64,000 nucleotides of DNA. It comes from Candidatus Woesebacteria bacterium. Its GTDB lineage: Bacteria > Patescibacteriota > Microgenomatia > UBA12405. A program made the position numbers and the translations under genes. The DNA lies in the NCBI GenBank assembly GCA_035402805.1, contig DAONDY010000001.1, forward strand, positions 13,697 through 77,696, written 5' to 3'. The stretch's first letter is position 1; each line of letters opens with the position of its first letter. The notes beneath the pieces were generated by a model that saw nothing but the letters and a program-made list of their open reading frames with translations, searched no databases and was not told the origin of the DNA. Positions 56,793-64,000 of this stretch are shown one piece after another.

Positions 56793-58963
56793 AAAAGAAA
56801 ATTATTTTATATTTTATATTTTTATTATCTTTTTTGTTAATAAATAAAACAGAAGTTTTTGCGTGGTCATGTTGTAAGACAAATGCCAGTACTGGTGGAT
56901 GTGGTTATTGTGTTGTTAGTGGTGGGCGTGATTATCAAACCTTAGCACAACGTTGTGGTGAAGGTGCCCCATGGTGCCAAACAGCCACTCCTGTTTGCGG
57001 TATTGGTTGGAGTCCGTCATGTGTTAGTGGTGATTGTAATTCTTGTACCCTGTCTTGTAATGACTGTGACAATACAACTACTTGCTATCAGGAAAAAACA
57101 GATTGTCTTTGTAATCATTCAGAAATGTTAAAGCTTCTTACAACAGAATCTTATACTGCCACTGGTCCAAATTGTCTGCCCAAAGTATGTCCTGGTTTAA
57201 AAACAGCACAGGTATTCAGTGGTACCACCACAGAAACTAATACAATAACCCAATATTGTTTTACTAGTACTCGAATAAAAGATTCAACCGATTCTACTAC
57301 AAATACTTATTCTAGTCAGTCTGAATGTCTCTATTGGCGTTCTCAAGTTGGTAGCACCGATATTGAAACCTATACTGATTGTGTAGATTGTAGCTATACT
57401 ATCATTACTGAAGCAACTAACACCCCCTACGATCCTCCATGTTATGAAAATATTTCCCCATCTTGTTCTAGCCTTCCCGGTGGATGTTTGTCTGGCTATA
57501 CTGGTTGGACAGACCAAACAGGTACTGACGGAACATATAATTGGAATTGTTATGGATCTTGTCCTGGAACTTCTACAAGTTGTTCGGCTAGCTCCAACTA
57601 CCCCCCAGTCATAGATTCTTTAATTATTGTAAACTACCTAGGGGATATTGTTGATGTTGAATCTGACAATCGAAATCAAATTTGTCAAAATGAATTTAAG
57701 GGTAGTCGTAAGGTTACTTTTATCATAATGGCCGGTGATCAAGACGGTGATGCACTTAATTATTCATTGTCTTTAGGCACAAATGTTATAGCAGATAAAG
57801 TTTCTACGAATTCAATTACTTTTACTTTTCCAGACGATTCCACTTGGAATAATAGTTCTGCACAAATAATCACTGCTACTGTTACTGATAGCCATGGTGC
57901 TTCCGCTTCAAATAAATCGAGGTCTCTTAAAGTTTGGGATTGTAAAGTTGATATTAGTGGCAAATTTTACGATGGTTCAGCTGGGCTTAACTGTCCAACT
58001 ACTGGATTTAGTACTCCAGCCGACAAAGCAGTTCTTAATTTAACCACTTTAGCTTTTTCAAAAAATTCTGTTCCTATAGATATGAATGTTGATTCAGATG
58101 GTATTAGCTATACCAGCGGTGTTAATGCTTTAATTTGGGGTACTGATGGTTATATTCCTCAATTTAATTCAGACATTGCTTTAAGTGACCAAAAAATGAA
58201 ATCCCAAAGTTCTTCGTCTGCTACTATGTCTTGTGATTGGTGGATTGATACTACCGATGTTGATCCTTATACTGCAGATCCTTCTTTTACTGCTGATTTT
58301 TCTGGAGTTGCTAATAAAGATCCTTGGTGGCAAACCAAATTTGGTGGGGTAGTTAGTAACAATCGGGTTATTAATCGGGTTCCAAATACTTGTTCCGATT
58401 GCAAAATGAGTCCGTCTGGTCTCGTTTCTGCCCCTAACATTACCAATTCTGGACTTTCACTTAGCAATGCTCAGCCTTGGTATTACAAATCAACTGCCGC
58501 TAAATTATCCGTTAATAACACGGATTATAGCTACTTTTTAACTCAATACCACGACAAAAACAATATTGGTGTCGTTTTATCTGGTAATAAAAGTATTGCT
58601 GATGTTGGAACAAATGGCATTTATTTTGTTGATGGTAATTTAACTATTGATAATAATCTCGTTAAGACTGGAAATTTCTTAATGATAATCGTCAAAGGGG
58701 ATATTTCAGTTACCGAAAATGTTACTCGGGTTGATGGTATCTTGGTGGCTAATAATATTATTGCTGCTGGGATTAATTCTTCTCCTTTAAACTTTAACGG
58801 CAGTCTTTACGCCGCCGATAGTACTAATCTTTCTGGCCGAAGTTTAGGTGGATCAGCTAATAATTCCAGTCCAGCTGTAATTGTTAAATATGATCCAGAA
58901 ATGATTTTTAATATTCCAGAATCTTTAGCTAAAGTTTTAACTAGTTGGCAATGGGGAAATTAA
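56789..58963 (+). CDS. Large secreted cysteine-rich protein (over 30 Cys in the N-terminal ~270 aa), Ig-like middle, beta-rich C-terminal domain; candidate adhesin or pilus-tip protein
   Basis: 724 aa. Signal peptide MKKKIILYFIFLLSFLLINKTEVFA. Dense Cys clustering, ATVTDSHGASAS Ig-like segment, C-terminal repetitive G/N/V/I beta-strand-like region. Overlaps the next gene by 19 nt. Confidence 0.5.
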   Translation: MKKKIILYFIFLLSFLLINKTEVFAWSCCKTNASTGGCGYCVVSGGRDYQTLAQRCGEGAPWCQTATPVCGIGWSPSCVSGDCNSCTLSCNDCDNTTTCYQEKTDCLCNHSEMLKLLTTESYTATGPNCLPKVCPGLKTAQVFSGTTTETNTITQYCFTSTRIKDSTDSTTNTYSSQSECLYWRSQVGSTDIETYTDCVDCSYTIITEATNTPYDPPCYENISPSCSSLPGGCLSGYTGWTDQTGTDGTYNWNCYGSCPGTSTSCSASSNYPPVIDSLIIVNYLGDIVDVESDNRNQICQNEFKGSRKVTFIIMAGDQDGDALNYSLSLGTNVIADKVSTNSITFTFPDDSTWNNSSAQIITATVTDSHGASASNKSRSLKVWDCKVDISGKFYDGSAGLNCPTTGFSTPADKAVLNLTTLAFSKNSVPIDMNVDSDGISYTSGVNALIWGTDGYIPQFNSDIALSDQKMKSQSSSSATMSCDWWIDTTDVDPYTADPSFTADFSGVANKDPWWQTKFGGVVSNNRVINRVPNTCSDCKMSPSGLVSAPNITNSGLSLSNAQPWYYKSTAAKLSVNNTDYSYFLTQYHDKNNIGVVLSGNKSIADVGTNGIYFVDGNLTIDNNLVKTGNFLMIIVKGDISVTENVTRVDGILVANNIIAAGINSSPLNFNGSLYAADSTNLSGRSLGGSANNSSPAVIVKYDPEMIFNIPESLAKVLTSWQWGN

Positions 58964-59718
58964 TTATGACCAAAAAAACAAAAAATAATAAATCAAATAA
59001 AGGTCAAATTGCTATTATTGTTCTTTTGGCTTCTGCTGTTCTTTTAACTCTCGGCCTGTCTTCTTCCCGAAAAGCAGTTACCGACATCAAAGTTGATACC
59101 GATGAAGAATTATTAAAAGAAGCTTTTACTGCCGCTGAATCCGGAATAAATAATTATCTTAACGCCGGTGGTGGCACTTATTCCGACAGTAGTGGTAATA
59201 AAGCTACTGTTAGTTCCGTTGATATTGGCAGTGCTAACAGTTTATCTTCCGAGGGTAAAGTTTTGGTCAACACTCCTCAATTATTCTGGCTAGTTAATCA
59301 TAATGATGACGGTACTATCGGTACTAGTTACTATGATAATGATTTTAAAATTGAAGCCGGCGAAAGTTTAAACAACGTTGCCTTAAAAGTTGATTATTAC
59401 TATATAAATTCTAGTAATGCCTATTCAGTTAGCCATTTTGGTTGCTACACTGGTACAAATCCAGACCTTATTGGTTTCGCTGGCAGTTGTTCAATAACTA
59501 AAGGTGCTAATCGACCGCTTTTGGTTGTTGTCACTCCACTAGGTTCTTCTACCACCTTAACTATTTCTGGTACTGCAACTTTCCCCATTCAAGGACAAGA
59601 ATTAACCGCTGTTGGTACTGCTGGCAATGGAGTTACCACTCAAGTCAAAACCCGAAACATTTACCAACTTCCACCCTTCTTTTTTGAAGCCATCACCGCC
59701 CAAAATATAGTACAGTAG
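58945..59718 (+). CDS. PilX_N-like minor pilin / pilus assembly protein (TadG/PilX-type N-terminus)
   Basis: 257 aa. NKGQIAIIVLLASAVLLTLGLSSSRKAVTDIKVDTDEELLKEAFTAAESG parallels the PilX N-terminus (GxxLvvALIvLlvlTLLGvSAxRsttLEEkmAgN...AFQAAEAAL). Confidence 0.45.
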   Translation: MAMGKLIMTKKTKNNKSNKGQIAIIVLLASAVLLTLGLSSSRKAVTDIKVDTDEELLKEAFTAAESGINNYLNAGGGTYSDSSGNKATVSSVDIGSANSLSSEGKVLVNTPQLFWLVNHNDDGTIGTSYYDNDFKIEAGESLNNVALKVDYYYINSSNAYSVSHFGCYTGTNPDLIGFAGSCSITKGANRPLLVVVTPLGSSTTLTISGTATFPIQGQELTAVGTAGNGVTTQVKTRNIYQLPPFFFEAITAQNIVQ

Positions 59719-59774
59719 AATTATTAATTACTAATTATTAATTTTTAATTATTAATTCTTAATTATTAATTAAT
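59719..59774. repeat. Tandem repeat, 4 x 14 bp (AATTATTAATTNNT) in the convergent intergenic region
   Basis: AATTATTAATTact / ttt / ctt / aat read directly. Overlaps the last codons of the MiaB-like gene on the - strand. Confidence 0.7.
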
Positions 59775-60868
59775 TGATTAAGTATTTTCCATCGTCTTTT
59801 CTTTTCGCTTTGAGGGATTTCGTCTTTATATAATTTTGCCGAAACAGTGCCTTTTCTTGGGGAATATTTATTTAGATAGGCAATTTCAAATTTGGCTTTT
59901 TTACAAAGTTTGACTGTATTTTGAAAGGCTTTTTCGTCTTCTCCGGGGAATCCGATAATAATATCAGTTGAAAACTTAACATCTTTAATTTTATTTCTGA
60001 TTTTTTTTACTAAGTCCAAATATTCCTTTTGAGTGTATCCTCGATTCATTTTTTTAAGAACTTCATCGTCGCCAGCTTGAAAAGGCAAATGAAGCAGGCG
60101 GTCGATATTTGGATACTTGGCAATAGTTTCAATCAATTCATCAGAAAAATCCCAAGGATTACTGCTGACAAAAGAAATTTTTTCTAGATTTTTCTTCGCC
60201 ACTTCTTCCAAAAGTTTTGGAAATAAACTTTTAAATCTTTTTTTACCCATCGACACTAAAGTTGCTTCAGTAAGATCATTTCCATATGAGTTCACATTTT
60301 GTCCAATCAACATCACTTCTTTAAATCCATTTTTAATTACTCCATCAATTTCTTTTAAGATATCTTCCATTGGTCGAGAAATTTCTGGCCCCCGAGCAAA
60401 GGGGACAATGCAATAACTACAAAAATTACTGCAACCAAAACTAATTGGAATTAAAGCTATTTTTTTCTTGTCTCTAATTGGGTCAATTTTATAACTTATC
60501 TTTTCAATCGGTAAAAATTTCCAAACTGCAGGAAAATCTCTTTTTAATTGAGCTAATTTTTTTCCAGTTTTATCCTTATTTGCCAATCCACTCAAACACC
60601 CCGTCACAATAATTTTAATCTTTTTACTTGATAAACTTTTAACTTTTGACTTGTTTAATTTATTAATTTCATTTATTAACCCATAAACTCTGTTTTCTGC
60701 CGATTCTCTGACAATACAGGTATTAATAATCACTAAATCAGCTTCTTTCCAATTATTAACTTCTTTATATCCTTTACTCCAATAAAAAGCCTTAATTCTT
60801 TCCGAATCAGCTGTATTTTGAATACACCCAAAAGTTTTAATGAAAAAATTCATTGCTAATTTTATCAA
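59759..60868 (-). CDS. MiaB/RimO-family radical-SAM methylthiotransferase (no C-terminal TRAM domain evident)
   Basis: 369 aa. MTTase N-domain, radical-SAM CxxxCxxC (GCSNFCSYC), and downstream MiaB-like GQNVNSYG. Confidence 0.75.
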   Translation of the reverse strand: MIKLAMNFFIKTFGCIQNTADSERIKAFYWSKGYKEVNNWKEADLVIINTCIVRESAENRVYGLINEINKLNKSKVKSLSSKKIKIIVTGCLSGLANKDKTGKKLAQLKRDFPAVWKFLPIEKISYKIDPIRDKKKIALIPISFGCSNFCSYCIVPFARGPEISRPMEDILKEIDGVIKNGFKEVMLIGQNVNSYGNDLTEATLVSMGKKRFKSLFPKLLEEVAKKNLEKISFVSSNPWDFSDELIETIAKYPNIDRLLHLPFQAGDDEVLKKMNRGYTQKEYLDLVKKIRNKIKDVKFSTDIIIGFPGEDEKAFQNTVKLCKKAKFEIAYLNKYSPRKGTVSAKLYKDEIPQSEKKRRWKILNQLINN

Positions 60869-60871
60869 AAA

Positions 60872-61480
60872 GTGAGAAACTTAATTATGGATAATCAAAT
60901 AAACCCTCAAGAACCGACTATTAATGACTCAGCCGAATCAATAATTCAAGATTCTGCCGTTACTCCACCTTCACCAACTCCTGAAACCCCAACAGAACAA
61001 ACAACTCCTGTTACAGAGCCAGAGCCTGTCGAATCTACCCCAGAATCAGAGACAGAGATACAGCCTCAATCAACCGAACAACAACTCCAAGATCTTGGTA
61101 TTACTCCTCCACTAAAAACTGGCGGTGGCTTTTTTAAAGGTCTTTTTGTAGTTGCTTTAATTATTTTTGTTTTCGTTATGGTTGCCCTTGGTTTAGTTTT
61201 TTTTAAAAACCAAAAAAATATCGATAATTCCGATTCTAATTTTGACACTGCCGAATCTACTCCAATTCCAGCTTCTGGAATTTGCTTTTTAAATGATAAA
61301 ACTTATCAAATAGGGGAATCTTTTGCTTCAGCTGATGGTTGTAATACTTGTACTTGTGAATCAGCAGATGTCATTACTTGTACTGAAAAAGCTTGTCCTT
61401 CAACCATAACTCCAACAAAAACTGCCACCGCCACTCCAACTGTCACCAAATCAGCCACTTCATCATCAACTAAAAATTAA
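60872..61480 (+). CDS. Membrane-anchored Pro/Thr/Glu-rich protein with an extracellular Cys-rich VWC-like module
   Basis: 202 aa: acidic P/T-rich cytoplasmic N-terminus, one TM (FVVALIIFVFVMVALGLVFF), CFLNDKTYQIGESFASADGCNTCTCESADVITCTEKAC (8 Cys, VWC-like spacing), and a T-rich tail. Confidence 0.45.
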   Translation: MRNLIMDNQINPQEPTINDSAESIIQDSAVTPPSPTPETPTEQTTPVTEPEPVESTPESETEIQPQSTEQQLQDLGITPPLKTGGGFFKGLFVVALIIFVFVMVALGLVFFKNQKNIDNSDSNFDTAESTPIPASGICFLNDKTYQIGESFASADGCNTCTCESADVITCTEKACPSTITPTKTATATPTVTKSATSSSTKN

Positions 61481-61587
61481 AGCTAAATTCTACTTATTGC
61501 GAACCCTTGACGAAGGGTTTATAATACCCTCATTCGGTCGAGCGGTTGGAACATAACTCGCCATTTTTTTAATAATTAAATTTGTTG

Positions 61588-64000
61588 ATGCCTTCCGTAA
61601 AAAGAACTCAATGGGGTAAAAAATACCCAAACCTTCCTAAGTTAGATTTAATTCAAATTCAAAGAGAATCCTGGAAAGAATTTTTAGAAAAAGAACTCAT
61701 AGAGACCGTTAAATCAATTTCTCCCATCAGTGATTACACTGGTAACAATTGGGAACTTGAACTTGGTCAATTAACCTATGATCCAATCGTTATCTCACCA
61801 GATCTTGCCAAAAGAAAAGGCATAAATTACACTGTCCCCGTCCGTATCAAAGCTAAATTAACCAATAAAAGAACCGGTAATGTTCGCGAAGAAGAAGTAT
61901 TTTTTCTAAATCTTCCCACCATGACTGATGAAGGGACTTTTATTATTAATGGTATTGAAAGAGGGGTTATTAATCAATTAGTCCGATCTCCAGGTGTTTA
62001 TTTCACTGGCGAAACCGATCCAGCCACTGGTAAAACTTTATATAATGCCGAAATCCGACCTGTTCGTGGTTCTTGGCTCGAATTTTTCATTGGTAAAAAA
62101 GATGTTGTTTTTGCCAGAATTGATCGAAAAAAGAAATTCCCAGCCACCATTATTTTGCGAGCCGCTTGCCAAATGGGCGACAAACAATTAGTTGCTGAAT
62201 TCAGCGATTTCATTAATGGCACAATTTCTGCCGATATTTCCAAGACTTCAGAAGAAGCAGTTTTAGAGTTTTATCGAAAACTTCGACCAGGCGAACCAGT
62301 TATTCTCGAAAATGCTCAAAAATTTTTCAATGAAAGATTTTTTGATCTTCGAACTTATGAATTAGGTAATGTTGGTCGTTATAAAATCAATAAAAAATTT
62401 GGTTTTAAAATTAGTGACGATGATAAAGAAAATTGGGTATTAAGAAAAGAAGATTTAGTCGCTACCATTAAATATTTAATCCAACTCCAAAAGGGTGAAG
62501 TTAAACGTCTTGATGATATTGATAGTCTTGCTAACCGTCGTCTTCGACGCAGTGGTGAAATAGTTTCTCAAATTGCTATTCGTCCAGCTTTAGCACGATT
62601 TGAAAGAATGGTTAAAGAAAGAATGAGCTTAATTTCTACTAAAGAAAAACCAGCTCCTTCTCAAATGATTAATCCTCAACCGTTAATTTCAGCTCTCAAC
62701 ACTTTTTTCCGATCCAACCAGCTTTCTGCCATTTTGGATCAAACCAATCCTTTAGCTGAATTAGATTTACTTCGAAGAGTTACTGTTGTCGGTATTGGTG
62801 GTTTAACTCGAGAACGTGCTGCCTTCTCAATTCGTGATGTTCACAGTTCTCAATATGGTCGTATCTGCGCCGTTCGTTCCCCAGAAGGTCCAAATATCGG
62901 TTTGGTCACTTATTTAGCTCTTTATGCCCAGATTAATAAATATGGCTTTTTAGAAGCTCCTTTTAGAAAGTTAGAAAAAACCAAAGGTGGTTACACCATC
63001 TCTAAAGATTTTGTTTATATTGACGCTGAAGATGAATACGAGAAAAAAGTTACCCATTTAGGTATCAAATTTGATGAAAATTTTGTTACTAAACAAGAAT
63101 GGGTGCCAATTCGTTACCAAGGTGAATTTATTGAAGGTCCAATAAGTGAAGTTGAATATATTGATTTAGTTCCAAACCAAATCGTTGGTGCTTCAGCCTC
63201 TTTAATTCCTTTCGTTGACCATGATGATGCTACTCGTGCTCTTATGGGATCACACATGCAGACTCAAGCTGTTCCTTTAGTTGCTCCAGAATCTCCATAT
63301 ATTGGTACTGGCATGGAAGCTACTGTCGCCAATTCAATGCGTAGAACTGTTTTAGCCAAACATAGCGGTAAAATTACTTTTGTTGATGGTAGTAAAATTG
63401 TCGTTGCTCTTGATAAAAAAACTACTGAAACCAGTTGTGATGCCAGCGAAATTAGTGCTGACGGTAAAACCGAAACCTACAATTTGACTAAATTTTTAAG
63501 AACTTCACCATATGGTACTTGTTATAACCAAAAAGTGGTTGTTAACACTGGTGACGTTGTTAAAGAAGGTGATTTATTAATTGACGGTCCATCCACTGAT
63601 GGTGGTGAGTTATCAATTGGTCGTAATCTTTTAGTTGCCTATGCCTCTATCGATGGTTTATCTTATGAAGATTCTTTCTTAATTTCTGATAGATTGGTTA
63701 AAGAAGATATCTTAACTAACATTCAAATTTACGAATATGCTGCTCAGGTTGTTGAAACAAAATTAGGTTCAGAAGAATTAACCAAAGATATTCCTAACGT
63801 TTCTGAAAATGAATTAGCTAAATTAACTGACGATGGTATCGTTATGATTGGTGCCACTGTTGGTCCAAATGATATTTTAGTTGGTAAAGTTGAACCTCGT
63901 GGTGAAAAAGAATTATCTGCTGAAGAAAGACTTTTACGCGCTATTTTCGGTGAAAAAGCTCGTGAAGTTAAAGATACTTCTCTTCGTGTTGCTAACGGTG
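61588..64000 (+). CDS. rpoB: DNA-directed RNA polymerase subunit beta, N-terminal ~804 codons (3' end outside window)
   Basis: ATG at 61588. Translation MPSVKRTQWGKKYPNLPKLDLIQIQRESWKEFLE..., later GIGGLTRERAAFSIRDVHSSQYGRICAVRSPEGPNIGLV, canonical RpoB. Not in the ORF track because no stop occurs in the window. Confidence 0.95.
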   Translation, partial: MPSVKRTQWGKKYPNLPKLDLIQIQRESWKEFLEKELIETVKSISPISDYTGNNWELELGQLTYDPIVISPDLAKRKGINYTVPVRIKAKLTNKRTGNVREEEVFFLNLPTMTDEGTFIINGIERGVINQLVRSPGVYFTGETDPATGKTLYNAEIRPVRGSWLEFFIGKKDVVFARIDRKKKFPATIILRAACQMGDKQLVAEFSDFINGTISADISKTSEEAVLEFYRKLRPGEPVILENAQKFFNERFFDLRTYELGNVGRYKINKKFGFKISDDDKENWVLRKEDLVATIKYLIQLQKGEVKRLDDIDSLANRRLRRSGEIVSQIAIRPALARFERMVKERMSLISTKEKPAPSQMINPQPLISALNTFFRSNQLSAILDQTNPLAELDLLRRVTVVGIGGLTRERAAFSIRDVHSSQYGRICAVRSPEGPNIGLVTYLALYAQINKYGFLEAPFRKLEKTKGGYTISKDFVYIDAEDEYEKKVTHLGIKFDENFVTKQEWVPIRYQGEFIEGPISEVEYIDLVPNQIVGASASLIPFVDHDDATRALMGSHMQTQAVPLVAPESPYIGTGMEATVANSMRRTVLAKHSGKITFVDGSKIVVALDKKTTETSCDASEISADGKTETYNLTKFLRTSPYGTCYNQKVVVNTGDVVKEGDLLIDGPSTDGGELSIGRNLLVAYASIDGLSYEDSFLISDRLVKEDILTNIQIYEYAAQVVETKLGSEELTKDIPNVSENELAKLTDDGIVMIGATVGPNDILVGKVEPRGEKELSAEERLLRAIFGEKAREVKDTSLRVANG

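Noticed and set aside
1-64000. Alternative genetic code (UGA recoding as in some Patescibacteria)
   Set aside because: Housekeeping ORFs are full-length and domain-complete under the standard code and terminate mostly with TAA. There are no signs of in-frame UGA interruptions.
1-64000. CRISPR arrays, tRNA/rRNA genes
   Set aside because: No direct-repeat/spacer arrays were found; the 17-bp and 14-bp tandem repeats have no spacers. No intergenic segment shows the tRNA T-arm GGTTCGAATCC-like motif or a cloverleaf. No rRNA-like stretches.

Overview
The window is low-GC (about one-third G+C), gene-dense and almost entirely coded on the + strand. Most of it is housekeeping: map (partial)-folD; TatD, MetRS and S20 on the - strand; MurJ; PcrA/UvrD; a FemAB-family transferase; gatCAB; a UvrD-type helicase fused to a RecB-type nuclease; dut; rmuC; the hrcA-grpE-dnaK-dnaJ operon; nusA-infB; rpsO-pnp; RNase J; ProRS (archaeal type); FtsK; a RodZ-like gene; AlaRS; ruvX-mltG; a MiaB-like gene; and the 5' part of rpoB. 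Many proteins are short or missing domains (AlaRS without the C-Ala domain, IF-2 without the N-terminal region, DnaJ without a zinc finger, a Lon reduced to its AAA+ module, MiaB without TRAM, a thioredoxin fold without CXXC, a DHH-like protein without DHH residues). Together with type IV pilus-like components, a sortase and FemAB, I infer a reduced-genome, probably monoderm, Patescibacteria/CPR-like organism using the standard genetic code. No tRNA, rRNA or CRISPR array was seen. Non-housekeeping content: (i) a ~50-nt two-hairpin element in four close copies plus one diverged copy, with compensatory changes in the second stem; (ii) an envelope-glycosylation cluster (UbiA prenyltransferase, two PMT_2/ArnT-like GT-C enzymes, GT4, PAP2 phosphatase, DUF2298); (iii) an insertion between alaS and ruvX-mltG carrying an FtsA/PilM-like-fused membrane protein, a sortase and a DUF559 endonuclease flanked by copies of the element; (iv) a secreted-protein/pilus-minor-pilin-like cluster at 54.3-59.7 kb (M14 peptidase, a membrane protein, a 724-aa Cys-rich secreted protein, a PilX_N-like protein) behind a consensus promoter with palindromes; (v) a DprA-like Rossmann protein next to a protease-less Lon AAA+ ATPase; (vi) PilN/PilO-like genes and a VPVTG sorting-signal surface protein downstream of murJ.
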